This document shows positions 56,001 to 64,000 of a stretch of 64,000 nucleotides of DNA, in pieces. The translations under genes and the position numbers were made by a program. The notes beneath the pieces were generated by a model. That model was not told where the DNA came from. It saw only the letters and a program-made list of their open reading frames with translations, and did not search any database. The stretch comes from Acidobacteriota bacterium (GTDB taxonomy: Bacteria; Acidobacteriota; UBA6911; RPQK01; JAJDTT01): positions 4,896,001 through 4,960,000 of the forward strand of contig OZ253580.1 of assembly GCA_965263035.1 (NCBI GenBank), written 5' to 3'. Each line of letters opens with the position of its first letter. Within the stretch, counting starts at the first letter, position 1.

Positions 56001-56771
56001 TCAGTCTCCGCCGGAGTTCGATGCCACGCAGGCGGTTCCGCGGCGGAACAGGGAACCCATGGACTCGTCCACCTGGAAAGGTCCTCCGTCGACGAGCCGA
56101 AGAGCCTGCCAGAGCGTCACCTGGTTGGCCGTCAGGACCGGCTTGCCTCCGACGGCCGCCTCCAGGTCGGCGACCCAGCCGGCCGAGTGCATGGCGGTGT
56201 CCGGGACCACGATGGCTTCGGCCTCGGCGTGATCGTTGCCGCAGACGAACTGCGTGACCTGTTCCTTGTTCAACAGGGCCACCTCCACCCCGGTGACGAT
56301 GTCCAGGCAGTCCAGATGGACGGTCCGGACGCCGGCATCCGAGAGGAACCGCTTCAGCAGAAGCGTCACCTCCCGGGGATAGCTGGCCGCAACCGCCACC
56401 CGGCGGATGCCGAGGAAGTGGAGGGCCGAGACGAAGGCCAGGGAAGTGCTGGAGACGGGGACTCCCAGGAAGTCGGCAACCGGCCGGACCTGATCCCTGG
56501 CGCCCTCCAGACCGTAGACGAAACTGCCGCTGGTACAGGCCCACATGGCGGCGGCCACCCGTTTGGAAGCCAGATCCCGGGCACCGTCCAGGAGGCGCTT
56601 CACGTCCCCCGTGGCCAGGCAGGCGTCCTCCCGGTGGGCGTCCTCCGCGATGGTCGTGTGGACGACCTCCATCTGCACCTCGGGGCGGACCATGGGGGCC
56701 ATGCGGGGGTAGTCGTCTTCCGCCGAGTGAAAGGGATAGAGGATTCCGATGCGTGGGGTCTGATCAGTCAT
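56001..56771 (-). CDS. Asp/Glu racemase-superfamily protein (EutA/AMDase-like, single Cys)
   Basis: WACTSGS; second Cys position reads PDTA; PVLTANQ. Confidence 0.8.
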   Translation of the reverse strand: MTDQTPRIGILYPFHSAEDDYPRMAPMVRPEVQMEVVHTTIAEDAHREDACLATGDVKRLLDGARDLASKRVAAAMWACTSGSFVYGLEGARDQVRPVADFLGVPVSSTSLAFVSALHFLGIRRVAVAASYPREVTLLLKRFLSDAGVRTVHLDCLDIVTGVEVALLNKEQVTQFVCGNDHAEAEAIVVPDTAMHSAGWVADLEAAVGGKPVLTANQVTLWQALRLVDGGPFQVDESMGSLFRRGTACVASNSGGD

Positions 56772-58023
56772 GAGACTTGGCAGGGATTGTCTCCGTCCGG
56801 GCCGGCAGGCACAACACCAGCGTCAGCGCTAAAGCCGCCATGGCCAGGCCGAAGGCGAAGCTGGCGGGAAAGCCGAAGGCGTCGGCGAGGGCGCCGTGGA
56901 GCGCCGGTGCAAAGGAGCTGACGGGAAGCACCAGTGAAAGGAAGGCGTTGTTCCGGGCCGCCGCGGCCGCCGCGGAGACGCTGATGACGTAGTTGGGAAA
57001 GTAGGCACCCGCCAGTTCCCCTCCGCCCATGAAGGCGAAGGCCATCAGGAAGGCGTGTCCCGGGACCACCCAGGCCCAGAGGATGCCTGCGGCCGTCAGG
57101 AGCACCGTCGTCACCAGGGGCGCCCGGATCCCCCAGCGGATCATGATCACCCCCAGAGCGAAACCGGTGACGGCCTTGAATCCGAAGCGGAGGGCGTTCA
57201 TGTAACCGGCGTAGTCCTTGGGATCGGCTCCCAGGGCCTCCCGGCTATATAGGGAGAGGTTGGTGGTGGAATTCCAGGCCAGGAACAGGAACAGGTACGC
57301 GATCCAGATCAGGAAGAGGGTCCGGACCTGGAGATAGGACCGGAACGTGGTCTTCATGGTCTCGGCGAAGGGCGGCTTCTTCTCGGCGATCTCTACCAGG
57401 CGGAAGCGCGTGGCGAGAAAGGCGACCCCTCCCGTGCAGCCCGCGGCCATGAGGTAGAGAAGCCCGAAGTCTCGGGGATGGGAGAGGAAGGGAATTCCCC
57501 CGTCCAGAATGAACTGGGCCAGCAGGTTCCCCACCACCGCCAGGATGGGAGTGAAGGCGAAGGTCCATTTCAGGCAGCGGGCCCGGCCCTTCAGGCTCGT
57601 GCCCCGCCTCAGGCACTGGTACATGTAGACGATGGATGACGAGTCCGCCAGGCCCAGGACGAGCCCTTGGCCGATGACGACTCCCAAGCGGATCGAATCC
57701 GCCACCGGCAGGAACAGGGAGAGCGCCACCAGGACCAGGGAGGAGGAGGTCACCAGGTTGGCCGCCACCACGACGTTCCGCTCGAAGCGGTAGGCCAGGG
57801 TCCAGGAGAGGATGACCGGAAAGAAGAATCCCAGGAAGTAGGCCGAATTGGGCAGGTTGGATACGGTGGCGCCGGCTCCCAGCTTGTCGCAAAGAGCCGC
57901 CTGAACGATCCCCACGTAGACCACCGGAGAGGCGAAGTAGATGAGGAGATGAGAGATGGCGAAGACCCAGGAGTTGTGCCGGTCTATGTCCCGGGACACT
58001 GTCTCCGGATTCATGGTCTCCAC
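56764..58023 (-). CDS. MFS transporter
   Basis: About 12 hydrophobic helices in two bundles; overlaps the next gene. Confidence 0.7.
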   Translation of the reverse strand: METMNPETVSRDIDRHNSWVFAISHLLIYFASPVVYVGIVQAALCDKLGAGATVSNLPNSAYFLGFFFPVILSWTLAYRFERNVVVAANLVTSSSLVLVALSLFLPVADSIRLGVVIGQGLVLGLADSSSIVYMYQCLRRGTSLKGRARCLKWTFAFTPILAVVGNLLAQFILDGGIPFLSHPRDFGLLYLMAAGCTGGVAFLATRFRLVEIAEKKPPFAETMKTTFRSYLQVRTLFLIWIAYLFLFLAWNSTTNLSLYSREALGADPKDYAGYMNALRFGFKAVTGFALGVIMIRWGIRAPLVTTVLLTAAGILWAWVVPGHAFLMAFAFMGGGELAGAYFPNYVISVSAAAAAARNNAFLSLVLPVSSFAPALHGALADAFGFPASFAFGLAMAALALTLVLCLPARTETIPAKSHD

Positions 58024-58141
58024 GATCGTCTGCTCCTCGTTTCCGCTCCGCGTGGGTCGAAGGGCCTATGCTAGACCATCACCCCGTCGTCGAACACCTC
58101 TACTTTTCTCACTGGAAACCACGGATTCCAGGGGGACGGCC

Positions 58142-58204
58142 GGAGGGGGGACTTCCAGTCCCTCCCAACGCCCCAAACGGCGGCAGGCAAGCCGCCGCTC
58201 CTAC
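58142..58204. repeat. REPIN-like pair of GTAG-family hairpins
   Basis: GGGAC-TTCCA-GTCCC ... CGGCGGC-AGGCAA-GCCGCCG-CTCCTAC; matches the ends of 5054-5200. Confidence 0.7.
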
Positions 58205-58270
58205 CTTGACTTTTCCAGAGTCGGACCCAAGAATTCGGGCGGAAACCGATAACCTCGAGGAGGGTGTTTT

Positions 58271-59779
58271 ATGCGGAACCCGCATCGTCTACTGCTCTTG
58301 GCGCTGGCCTTGCTCCTGCTGCCGTCGTGCAATCCGGGCACGCCGGCGGAGCCGAGCCCGGTCCGGGAGATCGACTCCAGGGTGCAGCTCTTCGTGGACG
58401 ATCACCTGATCGACAGCAGCGACCGAGTGTGGCGGACCCTGACCGGGGCCTACAACACCCGTCCCCGCAAGGTGGCCGAGAACCCCATCATCAAGGCGGA
58501 CCGTCCCTGGGAAGGCTACCTGGTGCTGCAGCCGGGGAGCGTGATCTACGACGAAGAAGAGCAGATCTTCAAGATCTGGTACAACACCTTCGGGAAAAAG
58601 AGGAACACCGACATCCGCGAGTTCCTCTGCTACGCCACCTCCAAGGACGGAATTCATTGGGAGAAACCCAATCTGGGTGTGGTGGAGTTCCGCGGGTCCA
58701 AAGCCAACAACATCGTCCTCGAGTGGTGCAGTTGGAACCACGTGGTCCTCAAGGAGCCGGAAGACCCGGATCCCAACCGCCGTTACAAGCTGGCCTACTG
58801 GCAGTCCCATGATCGTCCGCGGCACGGCATTTGGGTCGCTTTCTCGCCCGACGGTCTGAACTGGACCGACTACGAGAACAACCCGGTGGTGCCCATCTGG
58901 GGTAGCGGCGACACCTTCGGCCTGATGCGGGATCCCGGCACGCAACAGTATTGGCTCTACCACAAGACCAGTCCCGGCGGACCGCGCAAGGTGTCGCGGC
59001 TGGTGAGCGACGACTTCATCCATTGGCGCGACAGCCGCTTCGTCCTGGAGCCGGACGAGTTCGACCCGCCCCACACGGAATTCTACGGGGTTTCGGCCTT
59101 TCCTTACGGCTCTCACTATCTGGGGTTGGTCTGGGTCTTCCATACCGACATCCAGACCATGGACGCCCAGTTGGCGTCCAGCCGGGACGGTGTGAACTGG
59201 GAGCGGTCCGTTTACCGGCGTCCCTTCATGGTGCTGGGCTACCAGGTCAATGGCTACGACGGGAGCAGCTTCGACAGCGGGATGGTGTTTCCCATCTCGA
59301 CGCCCGTGGTCCATGACGGAGAGGTCTGGATCTACTACTCCGGATTCGACAACCTCCACAACGCCCCCGCGGCCGAACACAAGGGACAGATCGGCCTGAT
59401 GAAGATCCGGCAGGACGGATGGGCCGCCCTGGATGCCACCGCGGAGGGTCACGTGACCACTCATCCGCTCCACTTCGAGGGGAGCACCCTGAAGGTCAAC
59501 GTGGAGTTGCTGGCGGGAGGCAAGGGAGGGGCGGACGCGCCCTGGAAGGACATCTTCAACGACGATCCGGACAACAACGGCTACTTGCGGGTCGAGCTTC
59601 AGGACCAAGCCGGCAAGACGATCCCGGGATTCGCCGCCGCCGATTCGAAGTTGAGTGAGGAAGAAGGCGTCTACCGGACGGTGAGTTGGGAAGGAGGAGA
59701 CCTGAGTGGTTTGACGGGTCCGACTCGGCTCAAGTTCGTCTACAGCCGCGCCCGGCTCTACTCCTTCCAGATCAAATAG
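58271..59779 (+). CDS. Lipoprotein, beta-propeller glycosidase-like, uncharacterised
   Basis: LLPSC lipobox; QLFVDD, FKIWY...CYATSKDGIHWEKPNLG and SRDGVNW; same family as 33684-35300. Confidence 0.65.
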   Translation: MRNPHRLLLLALALLLLPSCNPGTPAEPSPVREIDSRVQLFVDDHLIDSSDRVWRTLTGAYNTRPRKVAENPIIKADRPWEGYLVLQPGSVIYDEEEQIFKIWYNTFGKKRNTDIREFLCYATSKDGIHWEKPNLGVVEFRGSKANNIVLEWCSWNHVVLKEPEDPDPNRRYKLAYWQSHDRPRHGIWVAFSPDGLNWTDYENNPVVPIWGSGDTFGLMRDPGTQQYWLYHKTSPGGPRKVSRLVSDDFIHWRDSRFVLEPDEFDPPHTEFYGVSAFPYGSHYLGLVWVFHTDIQTMDAQLASSRDGVNWERSVYRRPFMVLGYQVNGYDGSSFDSGMVFPISTPVVHDGEVWIYYSGFDNLHNAPAAEHKGQIGLMKIRQDGWAALDATAEGHVTTHPLHFEGSTLKVNVELLAGGKGGADAPWKDIFNDDPDNNGYLRVELQDQAGKTIPGFAAADSKLSEEEGVYRTVSWEGGDLSGLTGPTRLKFVYSRARLYSFQIK

Positions 59780-59851
59780 CGGCGCTACGGCGCCGCATTC
59801 AGCCCTTTCCCGGCGGACGTCACCCAGCCGGCGGCGGAGCGGAGAAAAACG

Positions 59852-60406
59852 ATGACGCAACAATTCGCCACTCTGGATCGACTGCAGGAGGATCTGGATT
59901 CCATTCTGGCGGCTCCCCGCCAGGAGGGCAGGCTGGAGGCCATCACCGCCTGTCCGGCCACGAACCTCCGGAAGTCTTTGAGCGAAGCCCGGCTCTCACC
60001 TGAGGGGGGCCTGGAAGGGGACCGCTGGCAAAAGACCTGCTGGCGAAAACTTCCCGACGGCAGCCCCGATCCCAAGGTGCAGTTGACCCTCATCAATTCG
60101 CGCCTCCTTTCCCTCATCGCCGGCAGCCGCGATCGCTGGTCCCTGTCGGGAGACAATCTGGCGGTGGATATGAACCTCACCGCTGAGAATCTCCCCGTCG
60201 GCACCCGGTTCCGGATCGGCGAGGCGTTGGTGGAGGTCTCGGAGTTGCCGCACACGGGCTGCAAGAAATTCTCGAGCCGTTACGGCGTCGACGCCCTGAA
60301 GTTCGTCAACGGACCCGGTACGAAGGACCTCCGTCTGCGCGGATGCTACGTCTTCGTGGTGGAGGCGGGGCAGGTCCGCGTCGGCGACCCCATCCGGAAG
60401 CTGTAG
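59852..60406 (+). CDS. MOSC domain protein
   Basis: GLEGDRW, GDNL, PHTGCKKF and LRG...G.VRVGD motifs. Confidence 0.88.
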   Translation: MTQQFATLDRLQEDLDSILAAPRQEGRLEAITACPATNLRKSLSEARLSPEGGLEGDRWQKTCWRKLPDGSPDPKVQLTLINSRLLSLIAGSRDRWSLSGDNLAVDMNLTAENLPVGTRFRIGEALVEVSELPHTGCKKFSSRYGVDALKFVNGPGTKDLRLRGCYVFVVEAGQVRVGDPIRKL

Positions 60407-60704
60407 TCCGAATCTCTCACCAGCGGGCGCGATGATCGCGCAGGATTTTCTTCCTCGGCGGTTGCTACGTTTGAGCGAGCACGTGCACGCTGGGGGCGAA
60501 AAGACCAGCGAGGGCGCGTCCAGTGCTGTCCGTCCCCGGAAGGCTGCCGTAAAATAACCGTAAGTGCCTGAAGAAACTGACGTTTTCTTCGGGCACTCAG
60601 CGACTGGGTGAGAAATTCGCGGTAGTGCGCTGCCCCCGAGGCTCACCGGCGGCTTGCGCAAGCATGGAAGGGGATTGAGGCGATGGAGGTCACCAAGAAT
60701 CGAC

Positions 60705-61715
60705 ATGAACCGGCGTAAGTTCCTCTATGCAACGACGTTGCCGCCTCTGCTGGGGGCGAGGACCGGGATGAGTCTGTCAACCCACTTTCAGGGCCAGAGG
60801 TGGAGGAAACTGAAGCTCATTTTTGCCGACGGAGATGAAGGCGGCTGGGACCGGCGCCCGTCCGCTCCTCACGTCGTCCAGTCCGGCGATCAACTGCGCA
60901 TGTACTACATGAGCATCGAGGGTCAGCGGAGGCGAATCGGCCTTGCGGAAGCTGACATTTCCGATCCACTGAGTTGGAGGAAAGCTTCGAACCAGCCGCT
61001 TTTGGACTTCGGTGCGCCCGGGTCGATCGATTCCCACTGGGTGAGTTATCCCTGGGTGCTGCCCGTCACCGAGAAACACTGGCACATGTATTACTGTGGG
61101 TGGGGCGGAGACTATCACCCCTTCGGCAGGTTCAAAGCCTATCGGACCACTCTGGCCGAGAGCGACGACGCCGGCCTGACCTGGAAACGCAGCGGCCGGG
61201 CCCTGCTGGAATTGGGAAGGCCCTTTTCCTGCGACGAGCACGGCACTGGTTCCTGCGCCGTCATGAAGGTCGGTTCGCAGTATTGGATGTGGTATACGGC
61301 CGTCGTGCGCTGGCCTGAGACGCACAGCAAGATTTCCATTGCCCTTGCCGTTTCAAACGACGGGGGCCATACCTTCAGGCCACATCCCGCGGGCGCGTTG
61401 ATCAGTATTCCGCCCCGGCTTGACTCCTACTTTTCAACCTGTTCCAAGCCTTTCGTGGAGAAGACCGGGAGCGGCTTTCGAATGTGGTTCAGCGTAGTAG
61501 AAGACCAGCGCCGTCTCTACCGAGTTCACTATGCCGAGAGCCCGGACGGAATACGGTGGAAGTGGTGGCCCGACCCGGTTCTAGAGACCAGTGAGTCGGG
61601 TTGGGACAGCGAAATGACCTGCTATCCGTCCATTTGGCACTCCGCGGAACACACCTACATGTTCTATGACGGCAATCGCTTTGCTGGAATCGGAGTGGCA
61701 GAGCTGGTGGGTTGA
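60705..61715 (+). CDS. Tat-exported five-bladed beta-propeller glycosidase-like protein
   Basis: NRRKFL; five repeats of P.V...MYY/MWY...AES.DG..W. Confidence 0.7.
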   Translation: MNRRKFLYATTLPPLLGARTGMSLSTHFQGQRWRKLKLIFADGDEGGWDRRPSAPHVVQSGDQLRMYYMSIEGQRRRIGLAEADISDPLSWRKASNQPLLDFGAPGSIDSHWVSYPWVLPVTEKHWHMYYCGWGGDYHPFGRFKAYRTTLAESDDAGLTWKRSGRALLELGRPFSCDEHGTGSCAVMKVGSQYWMWYTAVVRWPETHSKISIALAVSNDGGHTFRPHPAGALISIPPRLDSYFSTCSKPFVEKTGSGFRMWFSVVEDQRRLYRVHYAESPDGIRWKWWPDPVLETSESGWDSEMTCYPSIWHSAEHTYMFYDGNRFAGIGVAELVG

Positions 61716-61723
61716 AGAGAGAC

Positions 61724-63478
61724 TCATCGAGCGGATGCGTAGAAGCGGAAGTCATCCAGAGCGCCTTTGAAAAACCTGCCCATGTCGTGGGTCAGGTCCC
61801 GGCTCAATGGTGCTCTGTTTTGGACGGGCTTCTGAAAATCCAGCTCCGCCCCCATCGAGAGAATGGAACGACCCGTTCTCCTTCCGCCCGGGTGAGGCGC
61901 CGCTGCAACGAGCTGCCCGTCCAGATACAGGCTGATCTTGGCGGCCTCTTCACTGTATTCCGCCCGGAGGTGCTGCCACTCGTGCAAGACAACTGGTCGG
62001 GAACCCCGACATCGAGTAAAGCCATCGGCAGCGTCTGACCTTCCCACCTCGAAGAAAGGCCGTCCCCGGCCGTCGATCCCGATACGCCATTCCCGGCTCG
62101 GAAAGCCCGAAAACATCCCTTCCACGTTGGACTTGCTCACCAGAGCCTGTGGGCGGCTCACGTCGCCCGGCCACAGATAAAACGAGATCCTGAAGCTTGC
62201 GCGCCCAAGAAGCGGCAGGTGGTGCGACCACAAAAAGTCGTCCTGACCGTCGAACTCGTAGGCCCTTCCCGTCTCTGGACGGGCACCCGGTCGTCCCACC
62301 ACGGCACCCTCGTTCCGGCCCCGGTGCCCAAACGCTGTTTTGTCTTCCAAATGGCTGCCCCCGGCTTCATCCAGAGGCCAGTGACAGACCAGACTGTCGG
62401 AGGGTGAGCCATCAAGGTATCCGAAGCCGTAGCCAATGGCACCCACGTACCTGGCGTTGGCCCGACCTCCCCGTTCCCGTACCCCGTTCCACCACATCTG
62501 AACCCGGCCGTCCGGCAGGATCAAGACGCCTGGCTCGTAGGTCGCCCAGTTATCCCAGCTGAAGGGAGTCGTCGCTGCCAGGGGATTCGCCGTCCCGGGC
62601 GCAAAGTCGAGTCCGTCCCGGGAAACGGCATACCCTAGATTGTAAGGTGCCGACCAGGTGCTGCAGAACAGATAATACAAACCTCCATGCCGGACGACGC
62701 AGGGACCGGCCAACCCGCGGGCCGGCTGCCAGGCGTCGCGGGCATTCCAGGCAGGAGTGTGGTTGCCATCCCCATCGGCGGGAACGGTAAAGTCTAGTCC
62801 GTCAGGGGAGACGGCATAGCCGATGTGGTCGAAGTTACCGGAAGTCTCGGCCTGAAAGTACATGATGTAGCCCCCTTCAGGCCGTTCAACGACGGAAGGT
62901 TCGCCGGCAGTGAGAATCGGCAGGCCGTTGATCTTCTTTCCCTCCAGTTGCGCCGCACCCAGGACCAGACGGTAATTCTTCCAGTGAGTACCGTCCGGGC
63001 TGTCGGCGTAGCCGATCTGCTCGATGCCGTTGGCCGAAAAGTACATCCGGTAGAGTCCCCCCTGCTTGAAGCCCCAAGGCTCCAACACCTCCTTGTTGCA
63101 CCAGGGGTAGTCCGGGTTGGGGAGAAAGCGTCGAGCAGGATCCTTGACCCAGTGAACTCCGTCGCGGGAGGAGGCATAGGCGATAGTCCACCGGTGTCCG
63201 GCGTCATAGGGGGGATATTCGATGGCTTCATACCACATCTCGTAGATGCCATCGACCAACTGCACACAGGGCTCGCCCAGGTAGCCCTCGTCATACGAGC
63301 CGGGCGGTCCATTATCGAGGACGGGGCTCGGGTATTTGAAAATCTCCAGGCTGGGTACATCCTGTCCGGCACCGTGCTCCTCCAGGCCGGGGTCCGCGAC
63401 ACAGCCTGTGAGCAGTGAAGCCGTGAGAGTGAGAGTTGCGCCTACAACGGGGATTCGGGCTGGTCTCCGGGCAGGCAT
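61724..63478 (-). CDS. Lipoprotein: beta-propeller + C-terminal LamG/ConA domain
   Basis: LLTGC lipobox; repeated EP.V...MY...YA.S.DG; HWPLDE...FDGQDD...FFKGALDDFRFY. Confidence 0.75.
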   Translation of the reverse strand: MPARRPARIPVVGATLTLTASLLTGCVADPGLEEHGAGQDVPSLEIFKYPSPVLDNGPPGSYDEGYLGEPCVQLVDGIYEMWYEAIEYPPYDAGHRWTIAYASSRDGVHWVKDPARRFLPNPDYPWCNKEVLEPWGFKQGGLYRMYFSANGIEQIGYADSPDGTHWKNYRLVLGAAQLEGKKINGLPILTAGEPSVVERPEGGYIMYFQAETSGNFDHIGYAVSPDGLDFTVPADGDGNHTPAWNARDAWQPARGLAGPCVVRHGGLYYLFCSTWSAPYNLGYAVSRDGLDFAPGTANPLAATTPFSWDNWATYEPGVLILPDGRVQMWWNGVRERGGRANARYVGAIGYGFGYLDGSPSDSLVCHWPLDEAGGSHLEDKTAFGHRGRNEGAVVGRPGARPETGRAYEFDGQDDFLWSHHLPLLGRASFRISFYLWPGDVSRPQALVSKSNVEGMFSGFPSREWRIGIDGRGRPFFEVGRSDAADGFTRCRGSRPVVLHEWQHLRAEYSEEAAKISLYLDGQLVAAAPHPGGRRTGRSILSMGAELDFQKPVQNRAPLSRDLTHDMGRFFKGALDDFRFYASAR

Positions 63479-63661
63479 CGTCCTCTCCGGGTTCGTCGTT
63501 ATCGACTATTTGAGAGACACGATAGCATTAAAGCCTTTCAAATCCTGACCGTATTTGAGCGGTCCGCGCTACATGGAAAAGTAGCTCAGGAAGTGGCCCG
63601 TCCTTGAGTCTTCAGTCTGGTCAGGCAGGGGAGAGGTTTGGGAACGGGTCCGGGGGCCCTC

Positions 63662-64000
63662 TCAGCGACCGGCCTCTGCTGCCACCTCAAATCTCTCGGA
63701 GACTCGAACTTCTTTTTCCTGGATCAGATCCTTCACCGTCACGGTGATCTCATAGCTTCCCGGCTCAAAGCTCTGAAGGGAGATGGGCAGGACCAGCACG
63801 ACTCTCTGCTCGGAGAGATATTGCATCGACTTACCAATGATGTCGATGAACTGCGCGACGGGGTGTCCGTCATTTGCCACCCGGTACGCGACCCTCAGTG
63901 AGGGCCTCATTGCGGTCTGATCCAGGGCAACGTTGTACACCTGGAGATAAAAGTTGAGATTCTCTGAGGGCCGGAAGACTTTGTCGAGGCTCGGTCGAAT
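63662..64000 (-). CDS. C-terminus of a probable GWxTD-domain protein (runs off the window)
   Basis: Open frame to the window edge: ...VFRPSENLNFYLQVYNVALD...LQSFEPGSYEITVTVKD, an Ig-like tail seen in acidobacterial GWxTD/VWA proteins. Confidence 0.55.
   Translation of the reverse strand: MRPSLDKVFRPSENLNFYLQVYNVALDQTAMRPSLRVAYRVANDGHPVAQFIDIIGKSMQYLSEQRVVLVLPISLQSFEPGSYEITVTVKDLIQEKEVRVSERFEVAAEAGR

Noticed and set aside
60590-60660. Possible eroded copy of the GWxTD gene tail (ctcagcgac.gg, gctgcc.cc) or of the MOSC tail near 63560
   Set aside because: Matches are too short and gapped to distinguish from chance in GC-rich DNA.
1-64000. CRISPR array, tRNA, rRNA, integrase/transposase, integron attC sites
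   Set aside because: No regularly spaced repeats, cloverleaf or rRNA signatures, recombinase motifs or RYYYAAC/GTTRRRY-bounded hairpins were seen by eye.

Overview
High-GC bacterial chromosome segment, most likely from an Acidobacterium. The taxonomy is inferred from an Oar-type TonB-dependent receptor, a GWxTD-type C-terminus and two PSD1/DUF1553+DUF1501 pairs. A 14-repeat ankyrin lipoprotein would fit a host-associated lifestyle such as a sponge symbiont, but this is also inference. The backbone encodes catabolic and transport functions: GH109, an SSS symporter, amidohydrolase+Rieske, MacAB-like ABC, a sulfatase, Fhs, OSBS/NSAR, a PQQ dehydrogenase, an EutA/EutD-like cluster and several beta-propeller lipoproteins. 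About seven small defence/TA-type islets punctuate it. The strongest unexplained signal is that several islets sit directly behind a backbone gene and are closed by a second copy of that gene's 3' end. These copies differ in decay: 149/150 identical around the R-M cassette, 70/77 around a 2OG-Fe(II) oxygenase, collinear remnants around a RES-type TA, and only traces around an ATPase pair. No integrase or transposase is visible in the window. Other notable items are tandem NCS2 permeases fused to a degenerate RsbW-like domain, a 169-bp fold-back element with a collapsed relative inside a toxin pseudogene, and GTAG-type REPs. No rRNA, tRNA or CRISPR array was recognised. All alignments were done by eye.
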